64,000 bases of DNA from Eubacteriales bacterium (lineage in GTDB: Bacteria; Bacillota; Clostridia; Oscillospirales; CAG-382). Under the pieces are notes generated by a model. That model saw only the letters and a program-made list of their open reading frames with translations. It had not been told where the DNA came from and did not search any database. The position numbers and the translations under genes are program-made. Positions 28,115 through 38,261 of the stretch are shown here, piece after piece (within the stretch, counting starts at the first letter, position 1; each line of letters begins with the position of its first letter). The DNA lies in the NCBI GenBank assembly GCA_045533335.1, contig JAZSHQ010000054.1:840-64839 (forward strand). Reading direction: 5' to 3'.

Positions 28115-28537
28115 TTAATACTGTTCGCCTTCTAACAACTCGCAACCGCGAGCCTTAAGCACGGCAACCGCCTTTTCGTTATCGGCAACGCGAAGCACGA
28201 AATATGCGTGATCCGAGTTGCGGGGAAGGAATTCGTAAACGTATTCGACGCCTACATCCTTATCGGCAACAGCCGAAATAGTTTCGGCAAAGCCGCCGGT
28301 TTTATCGGGGATACCGACAGCGATAACGTCGGTAAGCGAAACGGTAAGTCCCGCCTCCTTAAGCTTCTTTTCGGCTTCGAAGGGTTTATCCACAATAAGG
28401 CGGAGAATACCGAAATCGGTAGTGTCGGCAATAGAAAGCGCGCGGATATCGATGCCCGCATTAGCCATTATGGTGGTTATTTCGGCAAGTCTGCCGTCTT
28501 TATTTTCGACAAAAACGGATAGCTGTTTGATATACAT
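28115..28537 (-). CDS. Tandem ACT domain protein
   Basis: QLSVFVENKDGRLAEI..IRALSIADTTDFGILRLIVD; typical partner of paaK/ior. Confidence 0.88.
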   Translation of the reverse strand: MYIKQLSVFVENKDGRLAEITTIMANAGIDIRALSIADTTDFGILRLIVDKPFEAEKKLKEAGLTVSLTDVIAVGIPDKTGGFAETISAVADKDVGVEYVYEFLPRNSDHAYFVLRVADNEKAVAVLKARGCELLEGEQY

Positions 28538-28570
28538 ATCGACAGTCCTTTCGTGTTGTTTGCGTTTTGG

Positions 28571-29143
28571 TTAAATACCGTAGCCGAGTTCGAACGCCTT
28601 TTCGTTCACCTCGATGGTTTTTTGAGGAACGGTGGCACGGATAGCGGCAAGGCATTCACCGTAATCGAGTCCCAACTGCTTTGCGGCTATACCCAAAAGC
28701 ACTATATTTACGGCTTTTGCGCTGCCCGCCTGCTCGGCAAGCGAAAGCGCATCTGCAGAAACTACCTTAACGCCCTTTTCTTCTATTTTGCCGAGAATAT
28801 CTTCGGGATATTCGGCGTTGCCCATAATAACCGGCATAGGGTCGATCTGCGCGGTATTCGAAATTATAACGCCGCCCTTTTTAAGATAAGGAAGCCAGCG
28901 CGCGCTTTCGAGCGCTTCGAAGGAGATCATCATATCGGCTTCGCCCTTATCGATAACGGGGGAATAAACCTTTTCGCCCGCGCGGACGTAGGTTACAACA
29001 CTGCCGCCGCGCTGGGACATACCGTGGACCTCGCTGACCTTTACGTCGAGTCCCGAATCGATAAATATTTTGCCCATAAGCTTCGAGGCAAGCAAGGTTC
29101 CCTGACCGCCGACACCGACGATAAGAATATTAATGGAATTCAT
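28571..29143 (-). CDS. iorB: Indolepyruvate:ferredoxin oxidoreductase beta subunit
   Basis: GVGGQGTLLAS, SEVHGMSQRGGSV; AAGGAGG RBS before ATG 29143. Confidence 0.92.
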   Translation of the reverse strand: MNSINILIVGVGGQGTLLASKLMGKIFIDSGLDVKVSEVHGMSQRGGSVVTYVRAGEKVYSPVIDKGEADMMISFEALESARWLPYLKKGGVIISNTAQIDPMPVIMGNAEYPEDILGKIEEKGVKVVSADALSLAEQAGSAKAVNIVLLGIAAKQLGLDYGECLAAIRATVPQKTIEVNEKAFELGYGI

Positions 29144-29159
29144 TATGCTTTGCCTCCTT

Positions 29160-30923
29160 TTAATCAACCTTAATTATTGCATCCAAACGGCAGGTTTCAA
29201 CGCAAACGCCGCAACCAAGGCATTGGTTGGGGTCGATAAACGCCTTTGTCTTGCCGTTTTCCTGCTTTTTCTGCGAAATTGCGGGGCATCCGACCTTTAA
29301 GCACATCTTACAGCCGACGCATTTGCTTTGGTCGACGGCGAGCGCTTTGGGATGCTTAACGCTTTTAAGCAGAGCGCAGGGTCTTCTTGAAATAACGAGC
29401 GAGGGCTCTTCTGCCGCAAGTTCCTCCGAAACAGCCGCCTTTGTTCCCTTGATGTCGAAGGGGTCGACAACGCGCACGCGGTTTATGCCGATAGCCTTTG
29501 CGAGTGCTTCGAGGTTGACCGCCGTGGTGGGGTCGCCCTTTATCGTCTTGCCGTTTAAGGGGTTGTTTTGGTGGCCCGTCATACCGGTTATCGAGTTATC
29601 GAGCACGATAACGGTAGAAATACCCTTGTTGTAAACTATATCGATAAGACCGGTAATACCCGAATGGATAAAGGTCGAATCGCCGATAACCGCGATAGAC
29701 TTTTTCGCCGCCTCGCTTCCGCGCGCGGTGTTGTAGCCGTGAAGTGCCGAAACCGAAGCACCCATACATACGCAGGTATCCATCATCGAAAGCGGTGCCT
29801 GCGCGCCAAGAGTGTAACAGCCGATATCGCCGCTTACGTAAAGGTTAAGGTCCTTAAGTGCGTAATAAAGACCTCTGTGCGGACAGCCGGGGCAAAGCAC
29901 GGGAGGACGTGCGGGGATATCGCAATCGACCGCAACGGTTTCCTTAACGCTTCCCAAAATCGCTTTTTCGATAATCGACTGGTTGTATTCGCCGAGCGGC
30001 GAGAAAATTTCTCTGCCGATAACCTTAACGCCGAGCTTAATACAATGTGTTTCGATAACGTCATCAAGCTCCTCGATAACGTAAAGCGTTTTAACCTTCT
30101 TTGCAAAATCGATAATCGCCTTTGCGGGAAGCGGGTTAACAATACCGAGCTTTAAATAGCTTGCCTTTTCGCCCAAAGCCTCACGCGCGTAAGCATAAGT
30201 GCTGCCCGCCGCGATAACGCCGATTTCTTCGGAATAAAGCTCTTCCTTGTTAACGCCGAGAGTAAACGCTTCGGTATCCGCCCATTCGGTAAGTGCGGCG
30301 TTGCGTTCTTCCACCTTAATATGCGCTTTTCTTGCCATCGCGGGCATCATAACGTTTTTCATAACGTCGCGCTGATAGGGTTTAAGCCCTACTTCCTGTC
30401 TTTCGGAAAGCGTAACGAGCGAGCGCGAGTGTGAAATACGGGTAGAAAGTCTTAAAAGTACGGGAGCGTCGAAGCGTTCCGAAATATCGTATGCGATTTT
30501 CGTAAAATCAAGCGCTTCCTGACTGTCCGAGGGCTCGAGCATAGGCACCTTTGCCGCGATAGCGTGGCGGCGGGAATCCTGCTCGTTCTGCGAGGAGTGC
30601 ATACCGGGGTCGTCGGCGACGGCACAGACCATACCGCCGTTTACGCCGATATAGGAAGCGGTGTAAAGCGGGTCTGCCGCAACGTTAAGGCCGACGTGCT
30701 TCATCGCGCAGAACGATCTTGCGCCGCCGAACGAAGCACCGATAGCAACTTCAAAGGCAACCTTTTCGTTGGGTGCCCATTCGGAATATATTTCATCGTA
30801 TTTGCTTACCGCTTCGGTTATTTCGGTACTCGGTGTACCGGGGTAGGAGGAAACGACCTGTACGCCTGCCTCGTAAAGCCCCTGCGCAACGGCTTCGTTA
30901 CCCAAAAGTAATTTCTTTTCCAT
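29160..30923 (-). CDS. iorA: Indolepyruvate:ferredoxin oxidoreductase alpha subunit
   Basis: LLGNEAVA, YPGTPSTEI, MKHVGLNVAAD, LCPGCPHR, GDIGCY, GDSTFIHSG (TPP), C-terminal 2x[4Fe-4S]. Confidence 0.93.
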   Translation of the reverse strand: MEKKLLLGNEAVAQGLYEAGVQVVSSYPGTPSTEITEAVSKYDEIYSEWAPNEKVAFEVAIGASFGGARSFCAMKHVGLNVAADPLYTASYIGVNGGMVCAVADDPGMHSSQNEQDSRRHAIAAKVPMLEPSDSQEALDFTKIAYDISERFDAPVLLRLSTRISHSRSLVTLSERQEVGLKPYQRDVMKNVMMPAMARKAHIKVEERNAALTEWADTEAFTLGVNKEELYSEEIGVIAAGSTYAYAREALGEKASYLKLGIVNPLPAKAIIDFAKKVKTLYVIEELDDVIETHCIKLGVKVIGREIFSPLGEYNQSIIEKAILGSVKETVAVDCDIPARPPVLCPGCPHRGLYYALKDLNLYVSGDIGCYTLGAQAPLSMMDTCVCMGASVSALHGYNTARGSEAAKKSIAVIGDSTFIHSGITGLIDIVYNKGISTVIVLDNSITGMTGHQNNPLNGKTIKGDPTTAVNLEALAKAIGINRVRVVDPFDIKGTKAAVSEELAAEEPSLVISRRPCALLKSVKHPKALAVDQSKCVGCKMCLKVGCPAISQKKQENGKTKAFIDPNQCLGCGVCVETCRLDAIIKVD

Positions 30924-30939
30924 TATAATCACCTTTTTA

Positions 30940-32259
30940 TTACTGATTTCTCAAATCAAGCACACGCTTTGCCTTGCCGGTAAAGCGTTCGATGGAATTC
31001 GGCTCGACAAGCGTTACCTTAATAGCGATGCCGAGAATATTTTTAATGTTTTCCTGAATGCGCCTCTGCAAAGCGACAAGCTCTGCGAAACGGTCGAGCA
31101 GACCGCCGTCGATAAGCTCTACGCGCACCTCCATAGAATCGGAATAGTTTTCTCTGCGAAGCACTATTAAGTAGTTCGGGCTTATTTCGGTCATACCGAT
31201 AAGCGCGCTTTCGACCTGCGACGGGAACACGTTTACGCCGCGTACCTTTATCATATCGTCGCTTCTGCCGATAATCTTATGCATTCTCGCGCTCGTTCTG
31301 CCGCACTTGCAGGGCTCGTAATTAATGTTGGTAATATCCTTTGTGCGGTAGCGCAAAATAGGAAGTCCGCGCTTTGTAAGGTTTGTAACGACAAGCTCGC
31401 CCGTTGCGCCCTTTTCGAGCACGCTTCCGCTTGCCGAATCGATAATTTCGCAAAGGAAGTGGTCTTCGTTTATATGCAAACCGTCGCGGTACATACATTC
31501 GCCCGACATACCGGGTCCGTTAAGCTCGGACATACCGTAGTTATCGGTGCAGAAAAATCCGTTGCCCCAATGGTTTTCGATCTCGTTGCGCATTTCGGGT
31601 GTGCTGCCCTCGCTGCCGAGAATACCGTATTTGAGCTTATAAGAATCCATAGGATATTTATCTTGCATACCTCTTGCCGCTTCCGCAAGATACATACAGT
31701 AGGAAGGGGTCGCAACTATCGCCTGAGTGCCGAAATCACGCATAAATTTAAGCTGTTTTTCGGTGTTGCCCGAGCTTGTGGGAACGACGACCGCGCCGAT
31801 CTTTTCCAAGCCGTAGTGCAGACCGAGCGCACCCGTGAACATACCGTAACCAAAGCAGATCTGAACTATCGTGCTTTTTGTTGCACCCGCCGCAACGGCA
31901 AGGCGCGCAACCTGCTCGGACCAATTTTCAAGGTCTTCGCGCGTGTATGCAACGACCGTGGGGTTGCCGGTTGTACCCGAGGAAGCGTGAACACGCACTA
32001 TCTCCTCCATAGGCACCGAAAGCATACCGAAGGGGTATGTGTCGCGCAGGTCATCCTTTGTGGTATAGGGTATGTATTCGATATCCGAAAGACATTTGAT
32101 TTTATCTGCCGTAACGCCTGCCTTTGCAAGACGTTTTGCATAAAATTCGGAATTCTTTTCGCAATATGCGACAAGTGCTTTTAAGCGTTCAAGCTGAAGT
32201 GCTTCAAGCTCCTTACGGGGCATGCACTCCATTTCTTTGTTAAAAATTCTGTTTTCCAT
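30940..32259 (-). CDS. paaK: Phenylacetate--CoA ligase
   Basis: HASSGTTGNPT, FGYGMFTGALG, DNYGMSE, RYRTKD, GRSDDMIKVRGVNVFPSQ. Confidence 0.92.
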   Translation of the reverse strand: MENRIFNKEMECMPRKELEALQLERLKALVAYCEKNSEFYAKRLAKAGVTADKIKCLSDIEYIPYTTKDDLRDTYPFGMLSVPMEEIVRVHASSGTTGNPTVVAYTREDLENWSEQVARLAVAAGATKSTIVQICFGYGMFTGALGLHYGLEKIGAVVVPTSSGNTEKQLKFMRDFGTQAIVATPSYCMYLAEAARGMQDKYPMDSYKLKYGILGSEGSTPEMRNEIENHWGNGFFCTDNYGMSELNGPGMSGECMYRDGLHINEDHFLCEIIDSASGSVLEKGATGELVVTNLTKRGLPILRYRTKDITNINYEPCKCGRTSARMHKIIGRSDDMIKVRGVNVFPSQVESALIGMTEISPNYLIVLRRENYSDSMEVRVELIDGGLLDRFAELVALQRRIQENIKNILGIAIKVTLVEPNSIERFTGKAKRVLDLRNQ

Positions 32260-33744
32260 TTATTTCGCTCCTTCGGGGAGTTTTTCACATTTTTGAGTAA
32301 GTGCGCTGACAGCAAGCACGAGTATTAACGAGATAAGCATCGCGGCACAGGCGAAATGCGCGCCCATATCGCAAAGTCTGCCGAAACCGCCGAGCGCAAA
32401 TTCGCTGCCCATAAGCTTTGCGACCAGCGGAGGCAATGCAACGGCAAAACCGCCGATAATGCCTGCCCAAGCACCCGCTTTCGTAACCTTTTTCCAATAA
32501 AGCGATACTGCATAAGGCGCAAGGAAGCAGCCCGAGATTATACCCCACGAATAGCTCATCATATCAAGAATGGGGGTACCCGTTCCCTTCCACGCGATAA
32601 GGAAGGAAAGAAGCACGAACACCAAACACACAAGTCTGGTAAGTCCCGATATATCCTTTTCCTTGTTTTTTATAAATCTGTCGCGGATTATGTCCATCGT
32701 AAGCGTCGAGGACGCGGTTATGGTTATCGAGGAAAGCGTAGAAACGCTTGCCGCAATAAGAAGCACGAGGATTATGCCGACAAGCACGTCGGCGATTCCC
32801 GCACCCGCAAGCATATTCGGAATAAGATAATCCGTTCCGCCTTCGGGAAGCTCGCTGAAGAAAAGGTGCGAAAGCGAGCCGATAAGATAACCGCCGCCGG
32901 CAACCACAAAGGCAAAAAAAGTAGAAATAACCGTCCCGCGTGAAACCTCTTTATCATCACGTATGCCGTAATATTTCTGTATCATCTGCGGCAAGCCCCA
33001 CGTGCCGAACGAGGTCATAAGCACGGTTGCCCACAAGCCGATATGTGCAAAGCTGTTAAGATTTAGCTTTTCGGTTTCAGCAGCGATATTTTTAAAGCCT
33101 TCCGAAAGACCGCCCACGCTGTCGCTGTTGAACACAGCGGCGATAAGCGCGATAACACCCACGAGCATCACCGCGCCCTGAACGAAATCGGCGCGGAGCG
33201 CGGTAAGATAACCGCCCGCAACGACCAAAAGTGCGCTGACTACCGCAATTATTACCATACAAACCATTTCGTCGATACCCAAAAGCACCGAGCAAACGCT
33301 GGTAAGTCCTTTATAAACCGATGCCGAATAGGGCAAAAGGAAAATGAAAATAACTATTGCCGAAAAAAGCTTCATCGCACGCGACCCGAAGTTTTTTTCG
33401 AAAAGCTGAGGCATAGAGGTTATATTCTTTTCCCGCGTGACCTTGCGAGTGCGCTTTGCAAGCACGAGCCAAGCCAAAAGCGAGCCGATTATTGCGTTGC
33501 CGATACCGGGAAGCACGCCCCAAAGGCCGTATTTCCACCCGGTGCCGCCCGCATAGCCGATAAACATTACCGCCGAAAAATATGCCGTTCCGTATGAAAA
33601 TGCCGACATCCACGCGCCCGCGTTTCTTCCGCCGACGGTGAAGTCGCTCATATTTTTTGATTTTTTACCTGTGACAAACCCGATAATCGCCATAAATACG
33701 ACATATACCGCTATGGTAAGCCACATTATCGTTTGCTTTGACAT
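32260..33744 (-). CDS. Sodium:solute symporter family protein
   Basis: DFTVGGR, FSAVMFIGYAG, TSFGTWGLPQM, many TM helices; first gene of the SSS-paaK-iorAB-ACT operon. Confidence 0.88.
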   Translation of the reverse strand: MSKQTIMWLTIAVYVVFMAIIGFVTGKKSKNMSDFTVGGRNAGAWMSAFSYGTAYFSAVMFIGYAGGTGWKYGLWGVLPGIGNAIIGSLLAWLVLAKRTRKVTREKNITSMPQLFEKNFGSRAMKLFSAIVIFIFLLPYSASVYKGLTSVCSVLLGIDEMVCMVIIAVVSALLVVAGGYLTALRADFVQGAVMLVGVIALIAAVFNSDSVGGLSEGFKNIAAETEKLNLNSFAHIGLWATVLMTSFGTWGLPQMIQKYYGIRDDKEVSRGTVISTFFAFVVAGGGYLIGSLSHLFFSELPEGGTDYLIPNMLAGAGIADVLVGIILVLLIAASVSTLSSITITASSTLTMDIIRDRFIKNKEKDISGLTRLVCLVFVLLSFLIAWKGTGTPILDMMSYSWGIISGCFLAPYAVSLYWKKVTKAGAWAGIIGGFAVALPPLVAKLMGSEFALGGFGRLCDMGAHFACAAMLISLILVLAVSALTQKCEKLPEGAK

Positions 33745-33947
33745 AACAAATTCCACCTAATCGTTTTCGGCAACCGCCGAAAGGTATATCCACGATATTA
33801 TACTACTTTAATTTAAAAATTGCAATAGCGTATCACCGAATTAAAGTTAATTTCTGCCATATTTCGCAATATTTTTTATATTTTTTCGAAAAAAACTAAA
33901 TAAAAAACGCACCGTTTAAGAAAAACGATGCGTTTTTTGCCTGAAAT

Positions 33948-35654
33948 TTACATAGGAGAGCCGTCTTTTGCGCGGCGGATCTTGTTGGTGGTAGTCTTTA
34001 CAAAGGGGATTTCGCGGATAATAACCTTGGTGACCTGCTTGTAGGTGGGAAGATTTTCGAGCACGGTGAATACGTCATGCTTTAATTTTGCTTCGAGCGC
34101 TTCCTTGCCTTCCTTTTCAAGAAGTTCGGGGTCTACAGCGCACTGTACGGCAAGCGCCGCTTCGCTGCCGCTTTCGTCGCGGTATGCGTAAACTATATTT
34201 TCGAGAACGTAGGGGATGCCGCCGATATAATCTTCGAGTTCTTCGGGATAAATATTCTTACCGTTACCGAGAATAATAATATTCTTCTTTCTGCCGGTAA
34301 TAACGATCTGGCCCTTCTTGTTGACCAAGCCGTAGTCGCCCGTGCGGAAATAGCCGTCCTCGGTAAATACCTCTGCGGTGGCTTCTTCGTTCTTATAATA
34401 GCCGAGCATTACGATATCGCCCTTAACGCAGATTTCGCCTTCGCCGTCCTCGTTGGGGTCGTCAATACGGACTTCGATACATTCCATAGGAAAACCAACC
34501 GTTTTCGGGTCGTTTACAAAGTCGGTGTTTACCGAAACGAGAGGCGAGCATTCGGTAATGCCGTAGCCGTTGGTGCAGATTATGCCGATATCCTCGAAGA
34601 AATCCGCGATCTCTGCACGCAAGGGCGCGCCGCCGCAAACCAGCTTTTCGAGATTACCGCCCAATGCCTGATGAAGCTCTGCGAAAATCTTTCTTCTTTT
34701 GTCGATACCGATAGCGCGCAGGAAGCGCGAAAGCTTGATGCCTGTTTTAACCGTCTTGGTCTTGCCCTTTTCCTCGATGCTTGCCCACATTCTGCGGTAA
34801 AGCACCTCCATAAGTGCGGGAACAACGTACATATAACCGGGCTGATAAAGCGCAAGATTTTTAACAACGCGCTTTAAGCTGTCGTTAATGCAAAGGGTGG
34901 CATGACGGTGGATAGCAACGAGAATGCCTGCAATCGCTTCGTAGGAATGGTGGTAAGGAAGCACCGAAAGACCTACCTCGCGGATAGAAGCGAGCTTAAG
35001 ACCGAAGTGAACGAGCGAAACCAAATTGTGCTCGGAAAGCATAACACCCTTCGCAAGTCCGGTAGTACCCGAGGTGTATATAAGCATTTTAAGTGCATTT
35101 TCGTCTGCGGTCTTCATATCGCAGTATGCTCTGTCGCCGTTTTCGTAAAGCTCCTTGCCCTTTTCGAGAAGCTTTGCAAACGAAAGGAATTCGCCTTCAT
35201 CCTCTGCTCTGTCGAAGCATACGAAATATTTAACGTTGGGAAGCGATTCGCGAATACGGCGGAAGGTTTCTTCACGTCTTTTATCGCAGAAAACAATTTC
35301 ATCGTCGCCGCCGTGAATAACATTTATAAGGTCTTCATCGGGAAGCTCTTTATCGATAGGACAGAAAACACCTTCGCTTTTAAGCGCGGTAAGATAAACG
35401 AGGATCCAGTTGTAGCTGTTTTCAGCCGCACAGCCGATATGACAAGCAGCCATACCAAGCGAATTGAGCGCGGTACCGAGCCAGAAGGTTTCGTTTTGGA
35501 ATTCGCCGAAGGTCACTTCGCGAATGCCTTCGCCCGAACGGTACTTGAATGCTATCTTTTCCGCCGCTTCGTTAACGGCGATTTCCATTAAATGCTTAAT
35601 GCTGTGGGGTCTTGTAAGATCGGGGCTTTGTTTAGCCAGAACGTTTTTTGCCAT
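33948..35654 (-). CDS. Long-chain fatty acid--CoA ligase (AMP-binding)
   Basis: IYTSGTTGLAKGV, GYGITECSP, YFRTGDYG, ITGRKKN..NGKNIYPEELE. Confidence 0.88.
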   Translation of the reverse strand: MAKNVLAKQSPDLTRPHSIKHLMEIAVNEAAEKIAFKYRSGEGIREVTFGEFQNETFWLGTALNSLGMAACHIGCAAENSYNWILVYLTALKSEGVFCPIDKELPDEDLINVIHGGDDEIVFCDKRREETFRRIRESLPNVKYFVCFDRAEDEGEFLSFAKLLEKGKELYENGDRAYCDMKTADENALKMLIYTSGTTGLAKGVMLSEHNLVSLVHFGLKLASIREVGLSVLPYHHSYEAIAGILVAIHRHATLCINDSLKRVVKNLALYQPGYMYVVPALMEVLYRRMWASIEEKGKTKTVKTGIKLSRFLRAIGIDKRRKIFAELHQALGGNLEKLVCGGAPLRAEIADFFEDIGIICTNGYGITECSPLVSVNTDFVNDPKTVGFPMECIEVRIDDPNEDGEGEICVKGDIVMLGYYKNEEATAEVFTEDGYFRTGDYGLVNKKGQIVITGRKKNIIILGNGKNIYPEELEDYIGGIPYVLENIVYAYRDESGSEAALAVQCAVDPELLEKEGKEALEAKLKHDVFTVLENLPTYKQVTKVIIREIPFVKTTTNKIRRAKDGSPM

Positions 35655-35848
35655 AAAACACGTTGCTCCTTATATCTTGAATATTTTTGCAGTAACTATT
35701 ATATACGGTTTTAAAAACTATGTCAAGAGTTTTTAAAAATTGTTTTTCATAAATTTCACTTATTTGCACAAGGTTTTGTTGACAATTTTTCGTTTTGATG
35801 ATATGATAAGCCTTGTGCCACAACAAAACCGCAAAACGGAGCTAATTT

Positions 35849-36385
35849 ATGAATCTTAACAACAGCGAGCTTTTGAAAATACATCTTCCGCGTTGGGAGG
35901 AATTCCCCGCGTTCGAGCTCTATGTCGATCAGGTAATAGCCTTTATCTGCGAAAAGCTCGAGCCCTTTAACTGCAATTCCGATGAGCCGCTTATAACCCA
36001 ATCGATGATAAACAACTACGTAAAAAACGGCGTGCTTCACCCACCGGTAAAGAAAAAATACAACAAAACGCACCTTGCAAAGCTGGTGGTTATCTGTATA
36101 AGCAAGCGTATGCTCCCTCTTTCGTATATTTCCGATGCGATAACCGTTATGTCCCGCGTGTTTGAAATCGAAGAAGGCTATAACCTTTTGTGCGATGAAA
36201 TAGAATACGAAATTAAAAGCACCGCCGCACCCAAGGAATTTCCGCCGCGCTCGATAGGCGATTCGCCCTCGCGCAAGGTCGCGCTTATGCGCTCGCTCGC
36301 TTCCGCAGTTGCAAGAATTCTCGTCTTCGACCGATTTATCGAGCAAAGACGCCGTTTAAGCAATATAGTTCTTAATATGAAATAA
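35849..36385 (+). CDS. DUF1836 family putative regulator
   Basis: LPRWEEFPAFELYVDQV, ITQSMINNYVK..PPVKKKY. Confidence 0.85.
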   Translation: MNLNNSELLKIHLPRWEEFPAFELYVDQVIAFICEKLEPFNCNSDEPLITQSMINNYVKNGVLHPPVKKKYNKTHLAKLVVICISKRMLPLSYISDAITVMSRVFEIEEGYNLLCDEIEYEIKSTAAPKEFPPRSIGDSPSRKVALMRSLASAVARILVFDRFIEQRRRLSNIVLNMK

Positions 36386-36436
36386 CAAAAGAGGCGAAAC
36401 AGGCTTAAGATTTTGCCAAGCTTCGCCAAAGAAATT

Positions 36437-36495
36437 AAAGTTTTTGAAAAAAGAGTTTGAGAGAAAAACTTTTTGCAAAAAGTTTTTCTCTCAAT
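36437..36495. repeat. Dispersed palindromic intergenic repeat
   Basis: AAAGTTTTTGAAAAAAGAGTTTGAGAGAAAAACTTTTT..AAAAAGTTTTTCTCTCAA; related sequence at 51697..51770 and 62314..62430. Confidence 0.55.
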
Positions 36496-36543
36496 AAAAT
36501 TTATATGCACATTTCGGCTTTCCGATTGCGGAAAGCTCTTTTT

Positions 36544-37017
36544 TTATACAGTTGCTTCGAGGTCGATAACCGCCTGCTCTATTTCGGGACAAAAGTCGAG
36601 ATACCATTCCCTGCTTTCGGCAATATACTTTTTGCGGAATTCGACGCTTGCATTGGGTGCACAGCGCAGATTGTGCAGCCTGTCCGCGCCCTTTACGGCA
36701 AAGGCGATGGGGTTGCGCTTTATGCCCTCGATATACTCGCGCATATTATAGCCCTTTTGCTTGGTTAAAAGCTTTACCGCAGTAAGCACCGCTTCGCCGC
36801 CGAGGTCTGCTATTTCCTCCTCGGTCGCGTCGGTATCCTCCAAAAGGTCGTGAAAAAGTCCCGCAACAATATAATCTATGCCGTAGCCCTTTTCCTGCAG
36901 TATTTCGGCAACCGCTATCGGGTGGGTTATATAAGGGACGCCCTCTTTTCTGGTTTGCCCTTTATGCTTTGCTGTTGCAAAAGCAAGTGCCGCGGTATAT
37001 TTTTCGCCGTCGGTCAT
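36544..37017 (-). CDS. HD domain small alarmone hydrolase (Mesh1/SpoT-HD-like)
   Basis: HKGQTRK..PYITHP, AGLFHDLLEDT, VKGADRLHNLR; start overlaps the proA stop. Confidence 0.85.
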   Translation of the reverse strand: MTDGEKYTAALAFATAKHKGQTRKEGVPYITHPIAVAEILQEKGYGIDYIVAGLFHDLLEDTDATEEEIADLGGEAVLTAVKLLTKQKGYNMREYIEGIKRNPIAFAVKGADRLHNLRCAPNASVEFRKKYIAESREWYLDFCPEIEQAVIDLEATV

Positions 37018-38243
37018 CTTATCTGTCCCTCTCCGCTTATAACGTACTTATAGGTAGTCATTTCGGCAAGCCCCATAGGACCGCGCGCATGCATTTTTTG
37101 GGTGGAAATTCCTATTTCGGCACCGAAGCCGAATTCCTCGCCGTCGGTAAAACGGGTGGAGGCGTTTACATAGACCGCCGCCGCGTCAACGTTATTGCAG
37201 AAAAGGGTGGCGTTTTCCCGATTTTCGGTAATTATCGCTTCGCTGTGTCCCGTACCGTGGGTGTTTATATGCGCAATCGCCTCGCGCACGCCGCTTACCA
37301 CCTTAACCGAAAGTATATAATCGTTATACTCGGTAAAGAAATCCTCGTTTGTCGCGGGAACTGCGTCGATTATCGCGCAGGTCTTTTCGCAACCGCGTAT
37401 CTCAACGTTGCTAAGACGCGCTTTTACAAGCGGCAAAATTTCGTTTGCGATAGCCTCGTGCACAAGCAAGCTTTCCGCCGCGTTGCAGACCGAGGGACGC
37501 TGACGTTTTGCGTTGTCGATAATATTTAATGCCATTTCAAGATCGGCGAATTCGTCAAAATATACGTGGCAGTTGCCCGCACCCGTTTCGATGACCGGAA
37601 CGGTCGCATTTTCCACCACCGAGCGGATAAGCGATTTGCCGCCGCGTGGGATAAGCAGGTCGATACCGCCCTTCATCTTCATTAATTGATTCGCCGTCTC
37701 GCGCGAGGTGTCGGGCACGACCTGAACACACCGTTCGGGCAGACCGACCGAAGCAAGCGCGTTTGATAACACGTTTGCAATAGCAAGGTTTGAATTTATC
37801 GCTTCCTTGCCGCCGCGCAGAATAACGGCATTGCCCGATTTTACGCACAAAGCCGCCGCGTCCGCCGTAACGTTCGGGCGCGCTTCGTAAATTATCGCAA
37901 TAACGCCGAAGGGGACGCGCTTTTTGGTTATTTTTATACCGTTCGGGCGGGTCCATTCCTCGTTGCGCGCAAGCGGGTCGGGAAGCGCGATAACCTTTTT
38001 AACGCTTTCGGATATGGCGTTTATACGCGCCTTGGTAAGGGTGAGCCTATCGAGCATCGAATCGCTCATACCGTTTTCCTTTGCGTTTTGAAGGTCTGTA
38101 AGGTTTGCGTTTATTATTTCTTCGGCGCGTGCGTTAAGCGCGTCCGCCATCGCCAAAAGCGCGGCATTGCGTTTCTCGGCATCGGCCGAGCCGAGGATCG
38201 CCGAAGCCTCGCGCGCAGAAGCGCACATTTCGGTAAGCATCAT
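37014..38243 (-). CDS. proA: Glutamate-5-semialdehyde dehydrogenase
   Basis: IIYEARPNVT, LLIPRGG, SVCNAAE, NASTRFTDG, ISTQKMHARGPMGL. Confidence 0.96.
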   Translation of the reverse strand: MMLTEMCASAREASAILGSADAEKRNAALLAMADALNARAEEIINANLTDLQNAKENGMSDSMLDRLTLTKARINAISESVKKVIALPDPLARNEEWTRPNGIKITKKRVPFGVIAIIYEARPNVTADAAALCVKSGNAVILRGGKEAINSNLAIANVLSNALASVGLPERCVQVVPDTSRETANQLMKMKGGIDLLIPRGGKSLIRSVVENATVPVIETGAGNCHVYFDEFADLEMALNIIDNAKRQRPSVCNAAESLLVHEAIANEILPLVKARLSNVEIRGCEKTCAIIDAVPATNEDFFTEYNDYILSVKVVSGVREAIAHINTHGTGHSEAIITENRENATLFCNNVDAAAVYVNASTRFTDGEEFGFGAEIGISTQKMHARGPMGLAEMTTYKYVISGEGQIR

Positions 38244-38261
38244 ACATTCAAGCCCTTTCGG

